22,080 bases of DNA from a virus (lineage: Duplodnaviria > Heunggongvirae > Uroviricota > Caudoviricetes): the IMG/VR virus record IMGVR_UViG_2713896773_000024, one strand, 5' to 3'. A model generated the notes under the pieces. The model saw only the letters and a list, made by a program, of their open reading frames with translations, was not told the DNA's origin and searched no databases. Shown here one piece after another: positions 7,379 to 15,874 of the stretch (the first letter of the stretch is position 1; each line of letters opens with the position of its first letter). The translations under genes were made by a program, and so were the position numbers.

Positions 7379-8095
7379 ATGAGCAAAATTACCAGAGAAC
7401 GCGCAGCAAAAATTGCAGCAGGCGGCGGATATAACTTTGATGAGGTGGAGGAGCTGGCGCGTATCGCGCTGGCATCGCTCGAAGCGGAGGAGTCAGGGCG
7501 AAATCCCGTGCTGGCCTATGCAGACAGTTACCGCGATATGGCTAAGCAGGGTGTTGAATCTATTCCTGTATGGAGCGTAATTACCGATCTGGAAAGAAAT
7601 ATCGCCCCGCTATACTCCGCCACGCCAGCGCCGGTAGTTCCGGCAGAGCTTCATCCTGATACGCTGAAACTGGTGACCGACTTCAGCTCCGCCCTGGCTG
7701 AGAAGTTGTACAAGGCTCAATTAAAATATGGCTATGACGCGGACTGGAAACAAGATGGTTGGCCAAGCCAATGCCAGGCAGACTTTCAACAGCATATAGC
7801 TAAGGGAGACCCCCGGGATGTTGCCGCTTACTGTGCATTTATGTGGTATCACGGCTGGAAAACTGAGCCAGCGCCGGTATCGCTGCCGGACGAGCAACAT
7901 AGCGAACGCTTCAACTGGACACTTGGGCAGTGGGCTGAACATGTTGGGGGTCATTACCAGGGAAATGATCCGGCAAACTATTACGAGTTCGGCTCATTCA
8001 TGGCGGTCGCTGCAATGCTGTGCCAATTCGGCACCGTTCAGCAAAAAATTGGATGGAACGCCTGCCGCGCCGCCATGGTTAACGCAGGCCAGTGA
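7379..8095 (+). CDS. Hypothetical 238-aa protein in the accessory slot between A and cos
   Basis: ATG 7379 with AGGAG 7 nt upstream; acidic N-terminal part, Trp/His/Tyr/Cys-rich C-terminal half; no catalytic motif recognised. Confidence 0.7.
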   Translation: MSKITRERAAKIAAGGGYNFDEVEELARIALASLEAEESGRNPVLAYADSYRDMAKQGVESIPVWSVITDLERNIAPLYSATPAPVVPAELHPDTLKLVTDFSSALAEKLYKAQLKYGYDADWKQDGWPSQCQADFQQHIAKGDPRDVAAYCAFMWYHGWKTEPAPVSLPDEQHSERFNWTLGQWAEHVGGHYQGNDPANYYEFGSFMAVAAMLCQFGTVQQKIGWNACRAAMVNAGQ

Positions 8096-8244
8096 ATGGC
8101 TTTGCGGGAGTGCTGAAAATCAGTGCAAAATTTCGCGCAAAACCGCACAAATTTTATGATGGTGATTTTTCAGGAGCAGACCAGACGGGGCGGGCCTTCC
8201 GCTGGTCTGCACATTTGCACAAAAAAGCGGGGTTTCTGCGTGCG

Positions 8245-8263
8245 GGCGAGGCGGGGGAATGAG
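8245..8263. other. cos cohesive-end site (GGCGAGGCGGGGGAATGAG)
   Basis: First 12 nt identical to the P2 19-nt cohesive end as I recall it (GGCGAGGCGGGGAAAGCAC); sits in non-coding DNA just beyond the portal gene, as in P2. Confidence 0.55.
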
Positions 8264-8361
8264 CGCGCGCTGAGGGGTGGGATAGGGTCGGTATTATCTG
8301 CGCCGATTTTCGCGCCGCTGCGCCTCGCTGCTACGTCGTTTTCGGTTCGCCGTGGTGGGTT

Positions 8362-8404
8362 GAGGAAAAAGAAAAGCCCCTGCCAGCAGGCTGCTGAGGG
8401 GCTT
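8362..8404 (-). terminator. Intrinsic terminator for the leftward P-Q operon
   Basis: 8-bp stem AAGCCCCT/AGGGGCTT with inner CAGCAG/CTGCTG pairing; on the minus strand it is followed by UUUUCUUUUUCC; 70 nt beyond the Q stop. Confidence 0.55.
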
Positions 8405-8473
8405 ACGTGCGGTGTGGTCAGTTATGGCCGTGTAGGCCTTTGCGCGGTGGTGGTGGGTGTGTCCGGGCTGGCG

Positions 8474-9523
8474 TCAGATTGCTGCCTGCAACAGTGCGTA
8501 AGGGTTGAAGCGCACCACGTCGATCCCCAGCCAGTCGTTTAACTCTTTCAGGCTTTCTTGTATCGGGGCCAGTTCGTTGATGGAAAACACCTTCGCCGCT
8601 TTCTCTACGTCGCCGAAGCCACCGGAGTTATTCGGCATTACCCCCATCAGAACGGGCGGCACGCGGTGCGCGGCTAACAGGTCGTCGCGGGTGGCGTCTT
8701 TGATGCCGGTAAACTCATCCTTCGCCGCCACCTGGCTGAACGGCATAATTTGCAGGCCGTCTTTTTTCCCGCCCGCCGCGTAGACAAACAGGTTTTTAAA
8801 AGCACCGTTGCCGCGTGCATCTTTCAGCGACTTCTTAAGCTTTTCCACATCGTTATTATTCGCCACCGGGTCAGTGAGGTAGACGATCACACCCGCATGA
8901 CTGCCGTTAATGTAGTAGTTGCGGCGGAACACCGTTGCTTCACCGTTCAGCATGGCGCTTTGTAGCGCGGCCAGATATTCCGGCGCACCGTAGATCTCCT
9001 GGTGCGGGCTGGGGTTCTTGATCTGGCAGACGCTGCCCGGTTCGAACGCGTGATCGTCAACGTAGCGCGGAACAAACCAGAATTGCGCCGGGTCTATGCC
9101 GCGCCGCGTATATTTTGCCTGGCTGTGCCGCAGCTCGATCGGCTGGCCGAGTCGGTTGCGGCGGCATTCCATGTAACAGTTACCGAAAATTAAATAATCC
9201 TGCACCCAGGCGGTGAACTCCTGCCGGGTCAACAGCGGGTGCGGTATGTAGCAACTGGCGATAACATTGCGTTTAAATATCAGCGGTGACTGGTGATAGG
9301 CGGCAACGTCGAACATGCGCGCCAGCCCGTAGGGGCTGATCGGTGGTTCATACCAGCGGCCATTGTTATGGCATTCGAGGCACTCCATAAGAGACGCGCG
9401 ATCGTTGACTGCGATCGGGTCGCCAAAGCTGAAAGATTCCACGCTTTCCAGCGGGGTGGCTGCGTTGCTGGCCGTGCTGGCTGGCGCAGCAGTTGGCGCC
9501 CTGAATTTTTTTTTGCCGCTCAA
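8474..9523 (-). CDS. Q: Portal protein, P2 Q-like
   Basis: 349 aa, correct size and position next to the large terminase and facing cos. Confidence 0.88.
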   Translation of the reverse strand: MSGKKKFRAPTAAPASTASNAATPLESVESFSFGDPIAVNDRASLMECLECHNNGRWYEPPISPYGLARMFDVAAYHQSPLIFKRNVIASCYIPHPLLTRQEFTAWVQDYLIFGNCYMECRRNRLGQPIELRHSQAKYTRRGIDPAQFWFVPRYVDDHAFEPGSVCQIKNPSPHQEIYGAPEYLAALQSAMLNGEATVFRRNYYINGSHAGVIVYLTDPVANNNDVEKLKKSLKDARGNGAFKNLFVYAAGGKKDGLQIMPFSQVAAKDEFTGIKDATRDDLLAAHRVPPVLMGVMPNNSGGFGDVEKAAKVFSINELAPIQESLKELNDWLGIDVVRFNPYALLQAAI

Positions 9524-11236
9524 TTAAAACTCCTCCACAAAACTGCCGTTATCGCCGGTCACTTCCGCGCCGATCGGTTCGTTGTAAATGCCCTGCATAG
9601 TTGCCCATGCCAGATCGCCGTGATTGCTGCCACGGGCCCGATCGGACTGGTAGGTAATAACGCCGCCTGCGGTGACTTTACGCACGGTCATAAACGACTG
9701 TGCGAGATCCATCATTCCGGCGTCGAACTCAAAGCGCCCGGCACGAATGACCATCAACATTTTGAGCACCATCGACCGCTTAAGAACCGGTGAATAGTTG
9801 TATTTAACCGCCTGCGGGAAGAACTTGATCACCAGTTGATAAACCGCATCGCCGATCCCTGTGCCGTCGATAGCAATGTGCTGCACGTTGTAGCGGGTGG
9901 TGATCTCTTTAATAAATTTGGCCTGCTCTTCGTACTCCATGCCGCGTAACTGGTGGCGTTCTACCGCGCGGAACTTGCCACCCGGCACGGCTGGCGGGGC
10001 CAGCACAACCAGCCCGGCGCTGTCGCCTTTGCCGCTGCTGCCGTTGGGGTCATAGCTAACCCAGACAGGGCGATTACCCAGCGGGCGAGGTGCAAACGGG
10101 TTCCAGTCCGGCCACGCGTCCGGCATGTAGCCATCAACGCCGCAGCCCAAAATTGTGTTGTAGTCGAAGGCGCGTTCCCCTGCTTTAACGAAGGTACATC
10201 CGTACAGGTTGGCGTATTCGTCAAGGGAGTTTTCGCTACGGATTTCATCAATATCAACCAGATCGAAACCGAGCTTCATGGCGTCTTCCAGCGTGACTAT
10301 CTGGCGCCAGATGTTATCCCCGCATAGCTTGCCGTTTTTCAGTGCCTTATAACTGGTGTCGATATCCACCCGATCGGATCGGCGGCGGCTTTCATTGAAC
10401 TGATCGCCAGTCCAGAAGGGATAGGCTTCATGTTCTTCACTGGAAGGCGTCGAAAAGTAGGTGCGGCGCAGTCCTTTTTGTGTCGCCATGCCTGCGGCCA
10501 CCGAGCGCAGTTTGATGAAATTACTGATCCAGAAGGCTTCATCAAGGTACAGATCGCCGGTGTAGCTCTGGGCCGTCGCGGCGGAGGTGCCGAGAAAATA
10601 CAGGATCGCACCGTTGCTTAACTCAATGGCATCACCGCCCTTAAGTTCTACTCCTATTTCCCTTGCCAGCTTCTGAATGAACCGCTTGAACTGGAACGCC
10701 TGGGCGCGGCTGGCTGACAGGAATATCTGATTATTTCCGGTTTCCAGCGCACGCAACAGCGCTTCGCGGGCAAAGTACCAGGTGGCACCAATCTGGCGCG
10801 ATTTGAGGATAAAGCGGTTACGCCGGTTCCACTGTTTGAACCAGCGTTTTTGATGCTCGTATAGCGAATCAAAGATCAGGGCGCGAAGCTGAGTTATCTG
10901 TTCTTCGGTGAAATGGTTTTTCGGGGTCTTCGCCTTCTTCTCTTTCTCCTGGTCGCGTCGCTCATGCCGTTCAAAGCGGTCAAGCTGGCGCGCCAGCAGG
11001 TCAATTTCTTTAAAGTCCTTCGGGGTTTTGTCGTCCTTTTCCACCAGGCGCAGGTAACGAACGTGCGTGCGATCCTGCACCCGCTGCATGGGGGTAGCTT
11101 TATCCCATTCATAGCGGCGGCGCCAACTGTAGATCGTGTTAATGCTCACCCCGATTTCCTTAGAAATCTGAGTGATGCTAAACGCCTGCCAGTAGAGGCT
11201 TTTGGCTTTTGTGCTGAGGTCTTCGGCTGTATTCAT
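9524..11236 (-). CDS. P: Terminase large (ATPase) subunit, P2 P-like
   Basis: 570 aa; N-terminal HTH-like region, Walker-type segment FILKSRQIGATWYFAREAL; directly upstream of portal on the same strand. Confidence 0.88.
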   Translation of the reverse strand: MNTAEDLSTKAKSLYWQAFSITQISKEIGVSINTIYSWRRRYEWDKATPMQRVQDRTHVRYLRLVEKDDKTPKDFKEIDLLARQLDRFERHERRDQEKEKKAKTPKNHFTEEQITQLRALIFDSLYEHQKRWFKQWNRRNRFILKSRQIGATWYFAREALLRALETGNNQIFLSASRAQAFQFKRFIQKLAREIGVELKGGDAIELSNGAILYFLGTSAATAQSYTGDLYLDEAFWISNFIKLRSVAAGMATQKGLRRTYFSTPSSEEHEAYPFWTGDQFNESRRRSDRVDIDTSYKALKNGKLCGDNIWRQIVTLEDAMKLGFDLVDIDEIRSENSLDEYANLYGCTFVKAGERAFDYNTILGCGVDGYMPDAWPDWNPFAPRPLGNRPVWVSYDPNGSSGKGDSAGLVVLAPPAVPGGKFRAVERHQLRGMEYEEQAKFIKEITTRYNVQHIAIDGTGIGDAVYQLVIKFFPQAVKYNYSPVLKRSMVLKMLMVIRAGRFEFDAGMMDLAQSFMTVRKVTAGGVITYQSDRARGSNHGDLAWATMQGIYNEPIGAEVTGDNGSFVEEF

Positions 11237-11282
11237 GGCAACAGGCTATCGCGCTCGCGCGCGCAACAATATCGCCGCTGGT

Positions 11283-11300
11283 TGTCGCCTGAGTCCGACA
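11283..11300. promoter_or_regulatory. TGT-N12-ACA dyad (TGTCGCCTGAGTCCGACA), candidate Ogr-type late-activator site in the divergent P/O promoter region
   Basis: Exact TGT-12nt-ACA pattern in the 153-bp P-O intergenic region; P2 late promoters are known to carry this element near -55. Confidence 0.5.
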
Positions 11301-11389
11301 AAGTGAAGGCTTTGCGCCTTCCGGCCGCAAAGGGAATGATTGGGGCACTGGTTAATATCAATCGCTTACCAACCCGGAGCTTTGTCACC

Positions 11390-12235
11390 ATGCCAATGAC
11401 AAATTTTTTCCGCGCCGCAGTAGAGGGCGCAACCTGTGACGGTCGAGTACTGGAACGTCAGCACATCACCGAAATGGCCGAACAGTACGATCCCCAGGTA
11501 TATGGCGCCCGCGTCAATCTGGAGCACATTTTAGGCTGGTCGCCGACAAGCGATTTCCGCGCGTATGGTGACGTGGTTGAAGCCAAAGCAGAAGAGATTG
11601 CCGAGGGCCCGCTAAAGGGCAAACTGGCGCTTCTGGTGAAGGTGGACGCCACGGACGAACTGGTAGAACTGAAAGGCAAACGCCAGAAAATCTACCATAG
11701 CATTGAGGTGCATCCGTCCTTTGCCGACACCGGAAAAGCCTACCTTATGGGGCTGGCCTGTACCGATAACCCGGCGAGCCTGGGCACCGAAATGATGAAG
11801 TTTTGCACCCAGAACGCCAGCGCCAACCCACTGGCTGCGCGTCACTACGCACCTGAATGCTTCTTCACTGAAACCCTGGAATCATCCCTCGAATTTGCGC
11901 AGGAAGAGCCGCCAGCGTCCGACACCGGGAAGAATTTCTTTTCCCGTATCAAGGAAATGCTGACCGGAACCCGCCAGCACTTCGATCGTGAAAATGGCGA
12001 TATCCGCCAGGCGGTTGAACTGGTAGCGGAAAGTCAGGGTGAATTGCTGGACAAGATGGAAAAACTGAGCGCAGGGCAGCTTAAGAACAAGCAGACCGCC
12101 GAAGCGGTGGATAAGTTGCGCTCTGAGTTCGACGAGATGAAAGCGCAGCTTTCTACCCAGGACGCCAGTAAATACCGCCGCCCGGAAGCGACCGGCGCAA
12201 CTGAAAACTCTAACGCCCAGCTTGCTGACTGCTGA
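11390..12235 (+). CDS. O: Capsid scaffolding protein, P2 O-like
   Basis: N-terminus ...FFRAAVEGATCDGRVLERQHITEMAEQYDP resembles P2 O; GGAG 10 nt upstream of ATG 11390; the ORF-track upstream extension overlaps P and is rejected. Confidence 0.82.
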   Translation: MPMTNFFRAAVEGATCDGRVLERQHITEMAEQYDPQVYGARVNLEHILGWSPTSDFRAYGDVVEAKAEEIAEGPLKGKLALLVKVDATDELVELKGKRQKIYHSIEVHPSFADTGKAYLMGLACTDNPASLGTEMMKFCTQNASANPLAARHYAPECFFTETLESSLEFAQEEPPASDTGKNFFSRIKEMLTGTRQHFDRENGDIRQAVELVAESQGELLDKMEKLSAGQLKNKQTAEAVDKLRSEFDEMKAQLSTQDASKYRRPEATGATENSNAQLADC

Positions 12236-12275
12236 TCGCCGCCAGTAACGAAGGAACAGTACAGGAAATATAACT

Positions 12276-13322
12276 ATGCGTAATTCTACCCGTGAATTGT
12301 TTGATGCGTATCTTGAGCGACAAGCTGAACTGAATCACATCAATAAGTCCCACGTAACAAAGGCGTTCAGCATTGATCCGAGCGTTGAGCAGACGCTTGA
12401 AGACAAGGTGCAGCAGTCTTCCGAAATGTTGAAGAAGATTAATATCTACGGCGTTAACGATCAGTCCGGTGAAAAAATCGGTCTGGGTGTGAGCGGCCCG
12501 ATCTCCAGCACCAACAATTCCACCACCGATCGCCGCCAGCCTGTTTCCGTCACGGCGCTGGATTCAAACAAGTACACCTGTAATAAGGTGAACGCGGATA
12601 CTTTCGCCTCTTATGCGCAGCTTGATGCCTGGGCTAAATTCCACGATTTCCAGCAGCGTCTGAGCAATCAGATCATCCAGCGTATCGCGCTTGATCGCAT
12701 CATGATCGGCTTTAACGGAACCAGCTACGCGGATAAGTCAGACCGCAACGCCAACCCGCTTTTGCAGGATTGTGGCATCGGCTGGCTGCAACAGTACCGC
12801 GCAAACGCGCCGCAACGTGTAATGAAAGATATCACCGTGACCAGCCGCGACGATTCCAACCAGGTGATCGCTAAAGGTGATTACGGTAACTACGACTCGC
12901 TGGTTTATGACGCGGTTAACTCACTGATGGACGAGTGGTACAAAGATTCGCCCAATCTGGTGGTGATCACCGGTCGTAACCTGACGGTTAGCCGTTCGTT
13001 CCCGATCATCAACGCTGTCAGCACCAATAACCCGAACTCCGAAGCGCTGGCCGGTCAGTTGATCGCATCGCGTAAGACGATCGGCAACCTGCCTTCGTTC
13101 ATCGCGCCTTTCTTCCCTGATGGCAGCATGTTTATCACTTCGTGGGAAAACCTGTCGATTTACTGGCAGGAAGGTGCGCACCGTCGCCGCATTGTGGAAG
13201 AGCCGGAATATAACCGCGTCTCTACTTACAGTTCGTCAAATGATGCCTATGTTGTTGAAGATTACGGCTTCGGCTGTCTGATCGAAGGCATTACCGCCGC
13301 CGAACCAGCACCGGCACCATAA
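12276..13322 (+). CDS. N: Major capsid protein, P2 N-like
   Basis: 348 aa; N-terminal ...KINIYGVNDQSGEKIGLGVSGPISST similar to P2 N; follows scaffold. Confidence 0.9.
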   Translation: MRNSTRELFDAYLERQAELNHINKSHVTKAFSIDPSVEQTLEDKVQQSSEMLKKINIYGVNDQSGEKIGLGVSGPISSTNNSTTDRRQPVSVTALDSNKYTCNKVNADTFASYAQLDAWAKFHDFQQRLSNQIIQRIALDRIMIGFNGTSYADKSDRNANPLLQDCGIGWLQQYRANAPQRVMKDITVTSRDDSNQVIAKGDYGNYDSLVYDAVNSLMDEWYKDSPNLVVITGRNLTVSRSFPIINAVSTNNPNSEALAGQLIASRKTIGNLPSFIAPFFPDGSMFITSWENLSIYWQEGAHRRRIVEEPEYNRVSTYSSSNDAYVVEDYGFGCLIEGITAAEPAPAP

Positions 13323-13331
13323 ATCAGCGCA

Positions 13332-13350
13332 GGCCAGCTAACTGCTGGCC
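13332..13350 (+). other. Stem-loop GGCCAGC-TAACT-GCTGGCC after the major capsid gene (possible attenuator)
   Basis: Perfect 7-bp stem read from sequence, followed by GCTTT; weak U-tract. Confidence 0.3.
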
Positions 13351-13364
13351 GCTTTGGGGGCATC

Positions 13365-14213
13365 ATGTTGACACCTGCTCAACAACATTTTAACCGCGTG
13401 ATGGCTGAACGCCGCCACGCCAGCCGTGAGCCGTCGCAGCTTGAAATGACGGCCTACGAAACCATGCTTCACCGCCTGCGACTGGATAAAGCCCGTTTAA
13501 GCCGTGTCCAGTCCCAGAAGGCTAAAGCGGATTTAAAACGCGAACTGCTGCCGGACTACCAGCCGTGGATCGAAGGCGTACTTACGGCAGATTCCGGCCA
13601 GTCTGACGACGTGTTAACCACCGTCATGATCTGGTGCTGTGACTGCGGAAACATCGCTGAAGCCCTGCGCATTGGTCAGTATGTCTTGCGCCATAAGTTG
13701 CCGATGCCGGATCAGTATCGCCGCACCACTGCCACCGTACTGGTGGAAGAAATTTGCGATCCCGTCCTGGCTGCATTCAAAGCTAACCCGGCTGTTGCGC
13801 CGGTCGCCGCTGACCTGCTGGAAGCGTTACGGGGCTTAACCCTGAACGAAGATATGCCGGATGAGGTGCGCTCAAAGCTGCTTAAGGCGCTGGGGTATAC
13901 GCTGCGCCTGACTGACAACGTTGAATCGCTTACCGCTGCGGTTGAATACCTGCGCCAGGCGGCAGTGTTGAACCCGAAAAAAGCAGGCGTAACCCGTGAT
14001 ATTGAGCTTCTGCAACGTGCGCTTAAGAAGTCCGGGCAACCTGCTGACGGTGAGGGCGCAGACGGCAAGCCAGAAGCAAACAACACCGAAACCCAGACGG
14101 CAACGCCGCCAGCCCAGCCAAAAGCGAAGCGGGAAACCAAAAAGCCCGCCGCTAAAAGCAAGCCGGCAGCGAAGAAAAGAACCACGACAGCCCGCCAGAA
14201 GGCGGCGTCATAA
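13365..14213 (+). CDS. M: Terminase small (endonuclease) subunit, P2 M-like, with basic Lys/Pro/Ala-rich C-terminal tail
   Basis: N-terminal ...LLPDYQPWIEGVL...DDVLTTVMIWCCDCGNIAEALRIGQYVLRHKLPMP resembles P2 M; C-terminus PKAKRETKKPAAKSKPAAKKRTTTARQKAAS. Confidence 0.82.
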   Translation: MLTPAQQHFNRVMAERRHASREPSQLEMTAYETMLHRLRLDKARLSRVQSQKAKADLKRELLPDYQPWIEGVLTADSGQSDDVLTTVMIWCCDCGNIAEALRIGQYVLRHKLPMPDQYRRTTATVLVEEICDPVLAAFKANPAVAPVAADLLEALRGLTLNEDMPDEVRSKLLKALGYTLRLTDNVESLTAAVEYLRQAAVLNPKKAGVTRDIELLQRALKKSGQPADGEGADGKPEANNTETQTATPPAQPKAKRETKKPAAKSKPAAKKRTTTARQKAAS

Positions 14214-14315
14214 CCGAACGTGCCCCCGCGCACCCAGGCGGCACGGCAGGCGAAAACAGGCAACGCCGCGTCTTCGTCCTGCCGTCCACCGCCTGACTTA
14301 TACGGAGTAGAGATC

Positions 14316-14804
14316 ATGAGTCTGGTAGCCACTGAGCCAGTACGGCCACCATCCGATCCAGTGCCTGATGATGGCGGCGCGAAGGTTGAAAGCCTGCCAT
14401 TCTGGCCGGTCATTTCGCTGGCTGAACTACGCCGCGCGATGCGTCTTGATGGGCAGGTGACAACCGATCGCCTGATGTCGCGAACGGTGGAAGCGGTGGC
14501 CCATGTTAATGATCAGCTTTTCCTGTGGCGCCAGGTGCAGATTGATGCGGGCTATGAGTCATTGGCAGAAATTCCGGCCAGTCCGGTGAATGGCACTTCC
14601 GTGAAGGTATGGCGCTATAAAAACGCCGTGTATTCACTCACTAAGGCGCTGTTGATTGAAGGCTACCGCGATATTGACACCACCAGTAAAGGCGAAGACC
14701 ACGCGGCGGCATTGAGCACGCAGATCGATACGCTGTGGCGGGATGTGCGCTGGTCAATCCGTGATATCCAGGACGAAAGCCGGGGCCTGGCGGAGTTGGT
14801 GTAA
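14316..14804 (+). CDS. L: Head completion/stabilisation protein, P2 L-like
   Basis: 162 aa; position after M; GGAG 8 nt upstream of ATG 14316. Confidence 0.78.
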   Translation: MSLVATEPVRPPSDPVPDDGGAKVESLPFWPVISLAELRRAMRLDGQVTTDRLMSRTVEAVAHVNDQLFLWRQVQIDAGYESLAEIPASPVNGTSVKVWRYKNAVYSLTKALLIEGYRDIDTTSKGEDHAAALSTQIDTLWRDVRWSIRDIQDESRGLAELV

Positions 14805-15004
14805 TGAACGTTCAGGCGCAGCAAAACGACACGATCGACCTGCTTTGCTGGCGCTATTACGGCAGAACAGCAGGCGTTACCGAGGCGGTGATCGATGCCA
14901 ATAAGGGCATTTCCGCCGCCACTGAGTTGCAGGCCGGGCAGATTGTCTACCTGCCAGAGATCCAGCCGCCAGCCCAGCGGGAAACCGTGCAGCTATGGGA
15001 TTAA
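14804..15004 (+). CDS. X: Tail protein X (LysM-like), P2 X-like
   Basis: 66 aa; DTIDLLCWRYYGRTAGVTEAVIDANKG pattern as in P2 X; TAATG coupling to L. Confidence 0.8.
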   Translation: MNVQAQQNDTIDLLCWRYYGRTAGVTEAVIDANKGISAATELQAGQIVYLPEIQPPAQRETVQLWD

Positions 15005-15014
15005 GGGGGAGGGT

Positions 15015-15350
15015 ATGCACGACACACCACCGGGATTACTCGAACAAACAATGAAATGGATCGCTACTTGTCTGCCGACACTGTTTGCGGCTGGTGCGGC
15101 GCTGAGTATTTCGGCGCTAATGAGCCTTTACGATGGGCAGTCTTTGCTTAAAACCGCCACCGGATCGCTGGTATGTGGGATTGTCACGCTTGCTGTGGCC
15201 GGTTCGCTGGAATATCTGGGGCTTCCGTCCAACGCAGTAACGTTCGTGGGCGCCTCAATCGGATTTATGGGAGCGGATAAAGTCCGCAACAAAGTTACCG
15301 GGTTTATCGAAAACCGAATCGGAGGGATGAAAGGTGGAGATGAGCAATAA
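15015..15350 (+). CDS. Y: Holin (three predicted TM segments), P2 Y position
   Basis: Hydrophobic segments WIATCLPTLFAAGAALSISALMSL, GSLVCGIVTLAVAGSL, AVTFVGASIGFMGA; immediately upstream of the endolysin. Confidence 0.68.
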   Translation: MHDTPPGLLEQTMKWIATCLPTLFAAGAALSISALMSLYDGQSLLKTATGSLVCGIVTLAVAGSLEYLGLPSNAVTFVGASIGFMGADKVRNKVTGFIENRIGGMKGGDEQ

Positions 15351-15774
15351 CGGCATCAACATGCTGAAAGGCTTTGAAGGGTGCAGGCTGGCCGCTTATC
15401 AGGATTCTGTAGGCGTCTGGACGATCGGTTATGGATGGACTCAACCCGTCAACGGCGTGCCGGTTGGCAAGGGCATGACCATCACGCAGGAAACTGCCGA
15501 TAGCCTGTTGCGTAGCGGTCTGGTGCAGTATGAAAAAGGCGTTACGGGGCTGGTTAAAGTCACTATCAATCAAAATCAGTTCGATGCGCTGGTTGATTTT
15601 GCCTACAACCTGGGCGTAAAGGCGCTGGAAGGTTCCACACTGCTGAAAAAACTGAATGCTGGCGATTTTGCCGGGGCTGCGGCTGAGTTTCCGAAATGGA
15701 ATAAAGCAGGCGGCAAGGTGTTGACGGGTCTGGTTAAGCGCCGGGAAGCCGAGCGCACGTTATTTCTGGCCTGA
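15340..15774 (+). CDS. K: Endolysin, T4-lysozyme-like (glycoside hydrolase family 24) muramidase
   Basis: GFEGCRLAAYQDSVGVWTIGYGWT catalytic motif; start could alternatively be GTG 15334. Confidence 0.9.
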   Translation: MSNNGINMLKGFEGCRLAAYQDSVGVWTIGYGWTQPVNGVPVGKGMTITQETADSLLRSGLVQYEKGVTGLVKVTINQNQFDALVDFAYNLGVKALEGSTLLKKLNAGDFAGAAAEFPKWNKAGGKVLTGLVKRREAERTLFLA

Positions 15775-15862
15775 CATTTTTAACTGTGCTGGCCGTGCGT
15801 ATCGAGCGCGGTCATTTTTGACAGTGCTCCAGCACGTCCGGTAATGACAGTGCGAGCTGGCG
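15773..15862. repeat. Three imperfect direct repeats (core ACTGTGC / ACAGTGC with CATTTTT prefix) in the endolysin-lysB spacer
   Basis: GACATTTTTAACTGTGCTGGCC, GTCATTTTTGACAGTGCTCCAGC and GTAATGACAGTGCGAGCTGGCG read from sequence; function unknown. Confidence 0.3.
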
Positions 15863-15874
15863 AGAGGTTTAGAG

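Noticed and set aside
8123-8542. 139-aa plus-strand ORF spanning cos and the P-Q terminator
   Set aside because: Runs through the cohesive-end site and a terminator hairpin and into the portal gene on the opposite strand; Gly/Arg-rich translation of GC-rich non-coding DNA.
10913-11389. Upstream extension of the scaffold ORF (track start 10913)
   Set aside because: Overlaps 320 nt of the terminase gene on the opposite strand; conserved O-like N-terminus and RBS support the start at 11390.
13712-14413. 233-aa minus-strand ORF overlapping the small terminase gene and the M-L intergenic region
   Set aside because: Antisense to a well-supported structural gene in a uniformly rightward late operon; low-complexity Ala/Gly/Ser-rich translation typical of GC-rich antisense frames.
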